DNA of 64,000 nt from Terricaulis sp. (GTDB lineage Bacteria > Pseudomonadota > Alphaproteobacteria > Caulobacterales > Aquidulcibacteraceae): the NCBI RefSeq assembly GCF_044224985.1, contig NZ_JBGAJJ010000006.1; one strand, given 5' to 3'. Both the position numbers and the translations under genes were made by a program. The notes under the pieces are model-generated. The model saw only the letters and a list, made by a program, of their open reading frames with translations, searched no databases and was not told the DNA's origin. Of this stretch, positions 29,231-38,812 are shown piece after piece (position 1 is the stretch's first letter; every line of letters starts with the position of its first letter).

Positions 29231-32200
29231 ATGAGCCACACTCTCGACCGCCTCGCGTTCTTCACGCGTAAGACCGAGCTCTATTCGAACGGCCACGGCG
29301 TGATGAACGACGAGGACCGCTCATGGGAAGAGGCATACCGCCGCCGCTGGCAGCACGACAAGATCGTGCGTTCGACGCACGGCGTGAATTGCACAGGCTC
29401 GTGCTCGTGGAAGATTTACGTCAAAGGCGGCATCGTCACCTGGGAGACCCAGCAGACCGACTATCCGCGCACGCGGCCGGACTTGCCCAATCATGAGCCG
29501 CGCGGCTGCGCGCGTGGCGCGAGCTATTCCTGGTACCTCTATTCCGGCAATCGCGTGAAATACCCGCTTGTGCGCGGTCGTCTCATCAAGCTCTGGCGCG
29601 AAGCGCGCAAGACGCACACGCCCGTGCAAGCGTGGGCTTCGATCGTCGAAGATGCAACGAAGCGCAAGTCTTACACGTCGATACGCGGCGGCGGCGGCTT
29701 GGTGCGTTCCACTTGGGATGAAGTCACGGAGCTGATCGGGGCAGCCAATGCCTACACCGTCAAGCGCCATGGCCCCGACCGTGTCTTCGGTTTCTCGCCG
29801 ATCCCGGCGATGTCGATGATCTCCTACGCCGCGGGCGCGCGCTATCTGCAGCTGCTCGGGGGCGTCTGCGGGTCGTTCTATGATTGGTACTGCGACTTGC
29901 CGCCGGCGAGCCCGCAAACCTGGGGCGAGCAGACCGACGTTCCGGAATCCGCGGACTGGTACAATTCCGGCTTCATTCTGGTTTGGGGCTCGAACGTTCC
30001 GCAGACGCGCACGCCAGATGCGCATTTTTACACCGAGGTCCGCTACAAGGGCGCGAAGTCGGTCGTCATCTGCCCCGATTATTCGGAAGCCTCGAAATTC
30101 GCCGACCTTTGGATTTCGGTGAAGCAGGGAACGGATGCGGCCTTGGCGATGGCGATGGGCCACGTCATTCTCACGGAATTCCACCGCGATCGCGAGGTGC
30201 CGTACTTCAAGGACTATGTTCGCCGCTACACCGACATGCCGCTTTTGGTGCGGTTGGCGAAGCAGGGCGATCGCTATGTTCCCGATCGCCTCGTCCGCGC
30301 CGCCGATTTCGAAGACGGCCTGGGTCAAGCCAACAATCCGGATTGGAAGACGGTTGGCATCGACGAGAGCACTGGTGGTCCGGTCGTGCCGACGGGTTCG
30401 ATCGGCTTCCGCTGGGGCGAGCAGGGCAAGTGGAATCTGGAAGAGAAAGACGCCGGCGGCGCGGACGTGAAATTGCGGGTCGGTCTCAAAGGCGCTCACG
30501 ACGACGTCGTCGAGGTGCTGTTTCCATATTTCGCCAATGCAGCCTCAAACGGGTTTGCCTCAACCGAACATCCCGACACGCTGATGCGGCGCATCCCTGC
30601 GAAGCGCTTGCAGATGAAAGATGGCGAAGCGCTGGTCGCTTCGGTTTATGACCTTTTCCTCGCCAATTACGGCGTCGATCAAGGCCTCGGCGGCGAGCAC
30701 ATGCCCTCGTCGTACGACGACGTGGAGCCCTATACGCCGGCCTGGGCGGAGAAGGTCAGCACCGTACCACGCGAACAAATTATAGCGGTTGCGCGTGGCT
30801 TCGCGTCCAACGCCGAGAAGACCAACGGCAAGTCGATGGTGATCATCGGCGCGGCGATGAACCATTGGTATCACATGGACATGAATTATCGTGGGGTGAT
30901 CAATCTCCTCGCGATGTGCGGTTGCGTCGGTCAATCGGGCGGCGGCTGGTCGCACTACGTTGGCCAGGAGAAGTTGCGTCCGCAGACTGGATGGGCGCCG
31001 CTTGCTTTCGCACTCGATTGGATACGCCCGCCGCGTCAGCAAAATTCGACGAGCTTCTTCTACGCCCACACCGATCAGTGGCGCTATGAGACGCTGGACG
31101 TGAAGGAAATCCTCTCGCCGACGGCGCCGGAAGGCGACTGGGGCAAGACCTTCATCGACTACAACGCGAAAGCGGAGCGCATGGGCTGGCTGCCGTCGGC
31201 GCCGGCGCTGAAAATGAACCCGCTTGAGGTCGCGAAGGCGGCGGCGAAGGCGGGCCTCGATGCGCGCGACTACGCGGCGCGCGAGATCGGCGCCAAGCGG
31301 CTCGAGATGAGCTGCATGGATCCTGATCATCCCGACAACTGGCCGCGCAACATGTTCGTGTGGCGCTCCAACCTGCTCGGCTCCTCAGGGAAAGGGCACG
31401 AGTACTTTCTGAAGCACTTGCTTGGAACCTCCAACGGCGTGCTCGGCAAGGATTTGGGCACGACCGGGCGGCGCAAGCCTGTGGACGTGACTTGGCGCGA
31501 CGAGGCGCCGGAAGGCAAACTCGACCTGCTCGTCACCATCGACTTCCGCATGTCGACGACAGCCGTCTACAGCGACATCGTTCTGCCGAGCGCCACTTGG
31601 TACGAAAAGAACGATCTCAATACCTCCGACATGCACCCCTTCATCCACCCGCTCACCGCAGCGGTTGATCCTGTTTGGGAATGCAAGTCGGACTGGGAGA
31701 TTTTCAAGTCGATCGCGAAGGCGTTCTCCGCCGTGTGCCCGGAGGTGCTCGGCGTCGAGAAGGATGTCGTGCTGACGCCTATCCAGCACGACAGCCCAGG
31801 CGAGATGGCGCAGCCCTACGAGGTGAAGGATTGGTGGAAGGGCGAGTGCGATTTCGTTCCCGGCAAGACTGCACCGCAGATCACGATCGTGGAGCGCGAC
31901 TATCCCAACCTTTATCGCCGTTTCACCTCGCTCGGGCCGCTGATGACGAAGGTGGGCAATGGCGGCAAGGGCCTCGGCTGGAACACCGAACATGAGGTGG
32001 AGCAGCTGAAGCAACTCAATGGCGAAGTGCTTGATGGCCCCACCAAGGGTCTGCCCAAGATTGAGACCGAAATCGACGCCTGCGAGACCATTCTGATGCT
32101 GGCGCCGGAAACGAACGGCGAAGTCGCCGTCAAATCTTGGGAGTCCTTGTCAAAACAGACCGGTCGCGAGCATGCGCACCTCGCGCTGCCCAAGGAAGAC

Positions 32201-32962
32201 GAGAAAATACGCTTCCGCGACATCGTTGCGCAGCCGCGCAAGATCATCTCCTCGCCAATCTGGTCCGGCATCGAAAGCGAGAAAGTCTGCTACAACGCCG
32301 GCTACACCAACGTGCACGAATTGATCCCATGGCGGACGCTGACGGGCCGCCAGCAGCTGTACCAGGATCACCTTTGGATGCGGGCGTTCGGCGAGGCGCT
32401 GTGCGTCTACAAGCCGCCGGTCGACTTGAAGACGATCGCCCCGCTCCATAACCGGCGGCCAAACGGCGAAACCGAGATCGTTCTCAACTTCATCACGCCG
32501 CACCAGAAGTGGGGAATCCACTCCACCTACTCCGATAACCTGCTGATGCTCACGCTTAATCGTGGCGGCCCGGTGGTGTGGGTTTCCGAGAAGGACGCCA
32601 AGCGCGCCGGCATCGTCGACAACGACTGGATCGAGGTATTCAACGCCAACGGCGCGCTGACGGCGCGCGCGGTCGTCTCCCAGCGCGTGCGTGAAGGCAT
32701 GACGCTCATGTATCACGCGCAGGAGAAGATCGTGAATACGCCCGGCTCGGAGCTGACCGGCCAGCGCGGCGGCATCCACAATTCCGTGACGCGCACCGTG
32801 TTGAAACCGACGCACATGATCGGCGGTTACGCGCAACAGGCTTACGGCTTCAACTATTACGGCACGGTCGGCTCGAACCGTGATGAGTTCGTGATCGTTC
32901 GCAAGATGAAGACTGTCGATTGGCTCGAAGAGCCGCTCGCCAAAGCGGAGGACCGCCAATGA
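29231..32962 (+). CDS. narG: respiratory nitrate reductase alpha subunit
   Basis: 1243 aa from MSHTLDRLAFF (RBS GAAGGA). Contains HGVNCTGSCSWKIYVK (the FS0 His/Cys cluster) and a Mo-bisMGD dehydrogenase body. Confidence 0.95.
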   Translation: MSHTLDRLAFFTRKTELYSNGHGVMNDEDRSWEEAYRRRWQHDKIVRSTHGVNCTGSCSWKIYVKGGIVTWETQQTDYPRTRPDLPNHEPRGCARGASYSWYLYSGNRVKYPLVRGRLIKLWREARKTHTPVQAWASIVEDATKRKSYTSIRGGGGLVRSTWDEVTELIGAANAYTVKRHGPDRVFGFSPIPAMSMISYAAGARYLQLLGGVCGSFYDWYCDLPPASPQTWGEQTDVPESADWYNSGFILVWGSNVPQTRTPDAHFYTEVRYKGAKSVVICPDYSEASKFADLWISVKQGTDAALAMAMGHVILTEFHRDREVPYFKDYVRRYTDMPLLVRLAKQGDRYVPDRLVRAADFEDGLGQANNPDWKTVGIDESTGGPVVPTGSIGFRWGEQGKWNLEEKDAGGADVKLRVGLKGAHDDVVEVLFPYFANAASNGFASTEHPDTLMRRIPAKRLQMKDGEALVASVYDLFLANYGVDQGLGGEHMPSSYDDVEPYTPAWAEKVSTVPREQIIAVARGFASNAEKTNGKSMVIIGAAMNHWYHMDMNYRGVINLLAMCGCVGQSGGGWSHYVGQEKLRPQTGWAPLAFALDWIRPPRQQNSTSFFYAHTDQWRYETLDVKEILSPTAPEGDWGKTFIDYNAKAERMGWLPSAPALKMNPLEVAKAAAKAGLDARDYAAREIGAKRLEMSCMDPDHPDNWPRNMFVWRSNLLGSSGKGHEYFLKHLLGTSNGVLGKDLGTTGRRKPVDVTWRDEAPEGKLDLLVTIDFRMSTTAVYSDIVLPSATWYEKNDLNTSDMHPFIHPLTAAVDPVWECKSDWEIFKSIAKAFSAVCPEVLGVEKDVVLTPIQHDSPGEMAQPYEVKDWWKGECDFVPGKTAPQITIVERDYPNLYRRFTSLGPLMTKVGNGGKGLGWNTEHEVEQLKQLNGEVLDGPTKGLPKIETEIDACETILMLAPETNGEVAVKSWESLSKQTGREHAHLALPKEDEKIRFRDIVAQPRKIISSPIWSGIESEKVCYNAGYTNVHELIPWRTLTGRQQLYQDHLWMRAFGEALCVYKPPVDLKTIAPLHNRRPNGETEIVLNFITPHQKWGIHSTYSDNLLMLTLNRGGPVVWVSEKDAKRAGIVDNDWIEVFNANGALTARAVVSQRVREGMTLMYHAQEKIVNTPGSELTGQRGGIHNSVTRTVLKPTHMIGGYAQQAYGFNYYGTVGSNRDEFVIVRKMKTVDWLEEPLAKAEDRQ

Positions 32963-34479
32963 AGGTCCGCGCGCAAATCGGCATGGTCCTCAACTTGGAC
33001 AAGTGCATCGGCTGCCATACGTGCTCAGTGACCTGCAAGAATGTTTGGACCAGCCGCGAAGGGGTCGAATACGCCTGGTTCAACAACGTAGAGACCAAGC
33101 CCGGCGTCGGTTATCCGCGCGAGTGGGAAAACCAGAAGCGCTGGAACGGCGGCTGGGAGCGGACCAAGAGCGGCAAGCTGCAGCCGCGCATGGGTCCGAA
33201 GTGGCGCATCCTGGCGAAGATCTTCGCCAATCCGGATTTGCCCGAGATCGACGATTACTACGAGCCGTTCGACTTCGACTACGCGCACCTCCAGACGGCG
33301 CCGGAGTTGCGAGCGTTCCCCACGGCGCGTCCGCGCTCGCGCATCAGCGGCGAGCGCATGGAGAAGATCGAGTGGGGTCCGAACTGGGAGGAGATCCTGG
33401 GCGGCGAGTTCGAAAAGCGCTCGAAGGACGCCAATTTCGACAACGTTCAGAAGGAGATTTACGGCCAGTTCGAAAATACCTTCATGATGTACCTGCCGCG
33501 GCTGTGTGAGCACTGCCTCAACCCGACTTGCGTTGCGGCTTGTCCGTCGGGCGCCATCTACAAGCGCGAGGAGGACGGCATCGTTCTCATCGATCAGGAC
33601 AAGTGTCGTGGTTGGCGCATGTGCGTCTCGGCATGCCCGTACAAAAAGATCTATTACAATTGGTCGAGCGGGAAATCCGAGAAGTGCACGTTCTGCTATC
33701 CGCGCATCGAAGTGGGGCAGCCAACCGTGTGCTCGGAGACGTGCGTCGGGCGCATCCGTTATCTTGGCGTCATTCTCTACGATGCCGATCGCATCGAAGC
33801 GGCGGCAGGCGCTGACGAGACGGATCTCTACGACGCCCAGCTGGGTGTCTTTCTCGATCCCAACGATCCCGCCGTGATCACGCAAGCACGCGCCGACGGC
33901 GTTCCTGAAGCTTGGATCGAAGCCGCCCGCCGTAGTCCCGTCTACAAGATGGCGATGGAATGGAAGGTCGCGTTTCCGCTTCACCCGGAGTACCGCACGC
34001 TGCCGATGGTTTGGTACGTGCCGCCGCTGTCGCCGATCCAATCTGCCGCCGCGATGGGGGCCATCGAGCATGACGGCGTGATGCCGGACGTCCGCTCGCT
34101 GCGCATTCCGGTGAAGTACCTCGCTAACATGCTGACTGCGGGCGAGGAGCAGCCGGTCGTGCAGGCGCTCGAGCGGATGCTGGCGATGCGCTCGTACATG
34201 CGGGCAAAGACCATCGACGGCGTCATCGATCACGGCGTGGCGGAGCGCGTCGGACTGACTGCCGCAGCGATCGAAGAGATGTACCGCATCATGGCGATCG
34301 CCAACTACGAAGACCGCTTCGTGATCCCGACATCGCACCGCGAGGGGGCCGAGGACGCCTACCACGTGCGCGGCGAGTGCGGTTTCAGCTTCGGCAATCA
34401 GGCGTCTGGCGGTCGCACGGAGCTCGGCCTGTTCGGACCGAACAGGCGACGCCCCGCAAAGAACCCAATGGAGACGTGA
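32959..34479 (+). CDS. narH: respiratory nitrate reductase beta subunit
   Basis: MKVRAQIGMVLNLDKCIGCHTCSVTCK, with further ferredoxin-type Cys clusters (CEHCLNPTCVAACPSGA, CRGWRMCVSACPY, CTFCYPR). ATGA overlap with narG. Confidence 0.95.
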   Translation: MKVRAQIGMVLNLDKCIGCHTCSVTCKNVWTSREGVEYAWFNNVETKPGVGYPREWENQKRWNGGWERTKSGKLQPRMGPKWRILAKIFANPDLPEIDDYYEPFDFDYAHLQTAPELRAFPTARPRSRISGERMEKIEWGPNWEEILGGEFEKRSKDANFDNVQKEIYGQFENTFMMYLPRLCEHCLNPTCVAACPSGAIYKREEDGIVLIDQDKCRGWRMCVSACPYKKIYYNWSSGKSEKCTFCYPRIEVGQPTVCSETCVGRIRYLGVILYDADRIEAAAGADETDLYDAQLGVFLDPNDPAVITQARADGVPEAWIEAARRSPVYKMAMEWKVAFPLHPEYRTLPMVWYVPPLSPIQSAAAMGAIEHDGVMPDVRSLRIPVKYLANMLTAGEEQPVVQALERMLAMRSYMRAKTIDGVIDHGVAERVGLTAAAIEEMYRIMAIANYEDRFVIPTSHREGAEDAYHVRGECGFSFGNQASGGRTELGLFGPNRRRPAKNPMET

Positions 34480-34482
34480 GCG

Positions 34483-35160
34483 ATGGCGAACACCTACCGC
34501 GCTCTTGCCTTGCTACTGAGCTACCCGACAGCAGAAACCGTCGCGCTCATGCCGGCGGTGCGGGAAACGCTTGAACAAGAGCGTCTCGCTCCGGCCGGCG
34601 CCGTGCGCGGGCTCGCCGCGCTTTCGGCAGAGTTGTCCGAGGCCGACCTCTACGATCTGCAGTCGCGCTATGTCGATCTCTTCGACCGCACACGTTCGCT
34701 ATCGCTGCAGCTTTACGAGCACGTACACGGAGAGAGCCGCGATCGCGGCCAGGCCATGGTCGAGCTGCTGCGACTCTATTCCTCCCGTGGATTGGAGCTC
34801 ACGGCGAAGGAGCTGCCCGATCATCTGCCGGTGTTTCTGGAGTTCTTATCGCTGCAACCGGCAGACGAAGCCGCAGCGCTGCTCGGAGAGGCAGCACATG
34901 TGCTGGAAGCCTTGCGCGAGCGCTTGAGGAAGCGGGAGTCCGGTTACGCTTGCGTGTTCGATGCGCTGCTCGCACTGGCGAAAGCTGACACGGACGCGGC
35001 CGCCCTGCAGGCGCTGATGCGCGAGCCGGATGACGATCCAAACGATCTCGAGGCGCTCGATAAGGCGTGGGCGGAAGAACAGGTCACCTTCGGGCCGGAC
35101 AAAGTGGGTTGCCCGAAGGCGGAGGCGATAATCGCCCAGATGAAGGGGACAGTGGCATGA
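34483..35160 (+). CDS. narJ: nitrate reductase molybdenum cofactor assembly chaperone
   Basis: 225 aa in the position after narH. Contains LLSYPT...LQSRYVDLFD...LYEHVHGESRDRGQAMVEL...ELPDHLPVFLEFL. Confidence 0.85.
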   Translation: MANTYRALALLLSYPTAETVALMPAVRETLEQERLAPAGAVRGLAALSAELSEADLYDLQSRYVDLFDRTRSLSLQLYEHVHGESRDRGQAMVELLRLYSSRGLELTAKELPDHLPVFLEFLSLQPADEAAALLGEAAHVLEALRERLRKRESGYACVFDALLALAKADTDAAALQALMREPDDDPNDLEALDKAWAEEQVTFGPDKVGCPKAEAIIAQMKGTVA

Positions 35161-36368
35161 GTCAGTTCGATATCCGTCAATCGGCGCTCGCTCTCGGCGC
35201 GGTCGGCGTCATACTCTGCGCTCCCTTGGCTGCGGCGCAAACGCCGGCGAACCAAGGCGATTGGATCGTCGATGCCCGGCTTCGCTATGAGGGCGTGAGC
35301 CAGGACGGTCTTGAGGACGCGCAAGCGGTCACGCTCCGCGCGCGCCTCGGCTACGAGACGCCGTCGTGGCATGGTTGGCGCGCGTTGGCCGAACTCGAAG
35401 GCGTCGCGCATCTCAGCGAAGACTTCAATGACACCGTGAACGGGGAAACGGCATTCGCCGTCGTCCCCGATCCGGAAGCGTTTGAGCTCAATCGGCTGCA
35501 AGTGTCTTGGAGCGGAGCGGAGGGGCGCCGCGCCGTCATCGGGCGGCAGCGGATCGTGCTTGGCAATGCGCGCTTCGTCGGCAATGTCGGCTTTCGTCAG
35601 AACGAACAGACTTTCGACGCTCTGAACCTGTCGTTCCGGCCATTCTCGCAGACGACGGTCACCTACATCTACCTGGAGCGGGTGCGCCGCATTTTTGGCG
35701 ACGATAGTCCGCAGGGCGAGTGGGACAGCGACAGTCATGTGATCCAGGCCGAAGCAAGTCTGCCGTTCGGACGGCTGACTGGCTACGGATTGTTGCTGGA
35801 CTTCCAAAACGCACCGGCGCAATCGAGTCAGACCTACGGCGTGCGCTGGCAGAATGAGTGGAATGTTGGCGGATACAGGCCGCGTTTCGTACTCGAAGCC
35901 GCACAACAGAGCGACTACCGCGGCAACACCGCGCCCTTCGATCTTGGCTACCAGCTTGTTGAAGCCGGCGTGCGTCGCGGGCAGTGGGCTGCCACCATCG
36001 GCGGCGAGCGGCTTGAAGGCAACGGGACACGCGGCTTCGCCACGCCGTTGGCGACGCTACACGCGTTTCAAGGCTGGGCGGATGTCTTCCTCACGACACC
36101 GCCCGATGGCGTTCGCGATCTCTACGCCGGGGCGTCTTATACCACTGCGCCATGGCCGGCCGAACAACCGGCGACCGTGTCGGTGGTCTACCACGACTTC
36201 ACCGACGATGGCGGCAGCGCCGATTTTGGCGACGAGTGGGACGCATCCGTGCGCTTCTCGCTCAGCGAACACGTCGCGCTTGAGGCGAAGGCGGCCGTCT
36301 TCGACGGCGATGATCCCCGTTTCGCCGATCGAAACAAGTTCTGGCTCGCTGTCGAATATCGGCTCTGA
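35157..36368 (+). CDS. outer-membrane beta-barrel porin, alginate-export (AlgE-like) family
   Basis: ATGA overlap with the narJ stop. Signal peptide (ALALGAVGVILCAPLAAAQTP). Contains DARLRYE, GRQRIVLGNARFVGNVGFRQNEQTFDAL, alternating beta-strand patterns, and C-terminal FWLAVEYRL. Confidence 0.7.
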   Translation: MSQFDIRQSALALGAVGVILCAPLAAAQTPANQGDWIVDARLRYEGVSQDGLEDAQAVTLRARLGYETPSWHGWRALAELEGVAHLSEDFNDTVNGETAFAVVPDPEAFELNRLQVSWSGAEGRRAVIGRQRIVLGNARFVGNVGFRQNEQTFDALNLSFRPFSQTTVTYIYLERVRRIFGDDSPQGEWDSDSHVIQAEASLPFGRLTGYGLLLDFQNAPAQSSQTYGVRWQNEWNVGGYRPRFVLEAAQQSDYRGNTAPFDLGYQLVEAGVRRGQWAATIGGERLEGNGTRGFATPLATLHAFQGWADVFLTTPPDGVRDLYAGASYTTAPWPAEQPATVSVVYHDFTDDGGSADFGDEWDASVRFSLSEHVALEAKAAVFDGDDPRFADRNKFWLAVEYRL

Positions 36369-36378
36369 GGACGTAATC

Positions 36379-37086
36379 ATGGAATGGCTAGATCAGGCGT
36401 TGTTCGGCTTCTATCCTTATGTGGCGCTTGCGGTCTTGGCGCTTGGCTCGGTGCTGCGCTTCGATCGCGAGCAATATACTTGGCGCACGGGATCCTCGCA
36501 GTTGTTGCGGCGTAGGCAGCTCGTACTCGGCTCGATTCTATTCCATGTCGGCGTGCTGATGATTTTTGCCGGCCACTTCGTCGGCTTGTTGACGCCTATC
36601 GCGGTTTGGGACGCGCTTGGAGTGAGCCACGGCGCCAAGCAAATGCTGGCGATCGTCGCCGGCGGCGTGGCCGGCGTTCTTTGCTTGGCTGGTGGTCTAT
36701 TGTTGCTGCACCGGCGTTTGTTCGATCCGCGCATTCGCGCGACGTCGAGTTTCGGCGACGTCGCCATCCTGGTGCTGTTGCTCGCACAGCTCAGCTTGGG
36801 CCTGGGCACGATCCCCATCTCTCTTCAGCATCGCGACGGTACAGAGATGATCAAGTTCATGTACTGGGCGCAGAGCATCTTCACGTTCCAACCGGGCGCC
36901 GCCGACTACGTCACGGAGGCGCACTGGGTTTTCAAAGCGCACCTCACGCTTGGTCTCACGATCCTGCTCGTATTTCCATTCACACGCTTGGTGCACATGT
37001 TGTCTGCGCCGATCTGGTATCTGAACCGGCGCGGTTGGCAGATCGTGCGATCCAAGAATCTCGCCGCCGGGCGGAGCACGCGATGA
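36379..37086 (+). CDS. narI: respiratory nitrate reductase gamma subunit (cytochrome b)
   Basis: 235 aa. Contains MEWLDQALFGFYPYVAL, LRFDREQYTWRTGSSQLL, ILFHVGVL..AGHFVGLL (haem-ligand His) and FTRLVHMLSAPIWY. Confidence 0.9.
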   Translation: MEWLDQALFGFYPYVALAVLALGSVLRFDREQYTWRTGSSQLLRRRQLVLGSILFHVGVLMIFAGHFVGLLTPIAVWDALGVSHGAKQMLAIVAGGVAGVLCLAGGLLLLHRRLFDPRIRATSSFGDVAILVLLLAQLSLGLGTIPISLQHRDGTEMIKFMYWAQSIFTFQPGAADYVTEAHWVFKAHLTLGLTILLVFPFTRLVHMLSAPIWYLNRRGWQIVRSKNLAAGRSTR

Positions 37087-37967
37087 AACACACACTCATC
37101 CGCACCGTTTCAGAGGACTCGCCGGCAGCGTCTTTCTCCGGCTGCAGCCATGGTCCGATGCCGGCGGCGCGCCGCGCCGCGAACGCGCCGCCCATCTTTG
37201 TGAATGGGGAGTCTATTCCTGAAACCGCGATCGCCCAGGAGGCGCAGAACCACAAGGCCGCGTCGGGTGCGGAAGCGCGGGCGGCGGCGGCGCGAGCATT
37301 GGTCATCCGTGAGCTTCTGGTGCGGCGCGCCCAGACGCTCGGTTTGGAGCCGGCGCCGTTGCGCGACGAGGCCGGGCGCGAGGAGACCGCCGAGGAATCT
37401 CTGGTCCGGCAAGTTCTGGAGCGCGAAGCGCCAGCGCAAGAACCGACTGAAGAAGAGTGTCGACGTGTGTACGCGGCCAATCCCCGGCGTTTCGCCATTC
37501 CGGAGGTCTACGAGGCGGCGCACATCCTTGTCGCGCCAGACGACGGCAGTGACGCTGAGTGGAGCGCCGCATACGAGCGCGCGCAGGAGTTGATCAGCCG
37601 TTTGAGCGCGCAGCAAGATTTTGCCGACCTGGCGCGCGTGTTTTCACATTGCCCGTCGGGCGCGGACGGCGGCGCGTTGGGCCAACTGCAACGAGGCGAC
37701 TTGGCGCCCGAATTGGAGGAGGTGCTCTTGGCGCTGGCGCCTGGCGCGGTCTCCCCCGCGCCGGTGCGGACACGCTATGGCTGGCACGTGGTGCGGTTGG
37801 ATCGGCGGAGATCGTCGCATACTGCGCCGTTTGAAGCGGTGCGCACTGACATTCGCGAAGTGCTGCGCACGCGCGCCTCCGTTGCGGCGGCGGCGAGTTA
37901 TGTGAGCGAACTGGCGGCCGCAGCGAACATCGAAGGTCTGACATTTGGATTTGGGGCAGCGCCATGA
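37083..37967 (+). CDS. parvulin-type peptidyl-prolyl cis-trans isomerase (PpiC/NifM-like)
   Basis: ATGA overlap with the narI stop. Contains AAHILV, DFADLARVFSHCPSGADGGALGQLQRGDL and TRYGWHVVRLD. Confidence 0.75.
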   Translation: MKHTLIRTVSEDSPAASFSGCSHGPMPAARRAANAPPIFVNGESIPETAIAQEAQNHKAASGAEARAAAARALVIRELLVRRAQTLGLEPAPLRDEAGREETAEESLVRQVLEREAPAQEPTEEECRRVYAANPRRFAIPEVYEAAHILVAPDDGSDAEWSAAYERAQELISRLSAQQDFADLARVFSHCPSGADGGALGQLQRGDLAPELEEVLLALAPGAVSPAPVRTRYGWHVVRLDRRRSSHTAPFEAVRTDIREVLRTRASVAAAASYVSELAAAANIEGLTFGFGAAP

Positions 37968-38263
37968 CTCAGGAGGTTATCTTGGGTGATCTTCTTGCGT
38001 TCGGCCGTCAGTCGAGCGCCACCCTCGGCGCTTGGCTGGAACGGCAGGATGCCGAGTTCATTGGCCAGTTGCGCAGGGAGGCTGGGTTGCGAGGGGAAAG
38101 CATTGCCGAATTCCTGCGGGTCGCCACCGCGGATTTTCTCGCGGAGGCGGATGCGGAAGACTGGGCAAGCTTGGTGTCGGCGTTGCGCGAGACAGATGAC
38201 CCTGGCGCCGTCTGTGTAGCGCGGGTGACGGCGTTTCGATTGCGGCTGGAGCGTAGCGCATGA
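37964..38263 (+). CDS. hypothetical protein (translationally coupled in the nar tail)
   Basis: 99 aa. ATGA overlaps at both ends. No recognisable motif. Confidence 0.5.
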   Translation: MTQEVILGDLLAFGRQSSATLGAWLERQDAEFIGQLRREAGLRGESIAEFLRVATADFLAEADAEDWASLVSALRETDDPGAVCVARVTAFRLRLERSA

Positions 38264-38808
38264 ACGCGAAATTGGATCGGGACGATATCGTGCGGCGGCC
38301 CACGCCGCACGACCCGATCGATTTCATACTTGCCGAGCATCTCAATCATCGGCGCATGTGCCGCGCACTGGAAGCCCTGGCGGGGACGGACGATTTCGAC
38401 GCCGCGCGCATCACGGCGCTGTTGGATTTCATCCGTTTCGATCTCACCTTGCACGTGATCGACGAAGAGGAGGATGTTTTCCCGCTCCTGCGCAAGCGTT
38501 GTTCGCCGGAGGATGAAATCGACGCCGCGCTTGATCGCCTGACGGATGAGCATGCTGAAGACAAGGCGCTGTCGGTCAAGGTTCGCGACGTGCTCAATGC
38601 TTGCCTCATCGTGCGCAAGCCGCCGCACGCAATTGAGGGCGGGGCGGAGGCTCTCGTGACGTTCGCACGCCACGAGCTGCACCACCTGACGCTGGAGAAC
38701 GCAGTCATCGTCCCACTGGCGCGCCGGCGTTTCGATGCGGCGGATCTGCGCTATCTTGCCGAGCGGCTGATCGCCCGGCGCCGCCGTGTGACGGCGCCGG
38801 GCGAATAA
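38260..38808 (+). CDS. hemerythrin-like (HHE cation-binding) domain protein
   Basis: 182 aa. His/Glu pattern: ILAEHLNHRRMC, LHVIDEEEDVFPLL, DEHAED, RHELHHLTLEN. Confidence 0.7.
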   Translation: MNAKLDRDDIVRRPTPHDPIDFILAEHLNHRRMCRALEALAGTDDFDAARITALLDFIRFDLTLHVIDEEEDVFPLLRKRCSPEDEIDAALDRLTDEHAEDKALSVKVRDVLNACLIVRKPPHAIEGGAEALVTFARHELHHLTLENAVIVPLARRRFDAADLRYLAERLIARRRRVTAPGE

Positions 38809-38812
38809 GCGC

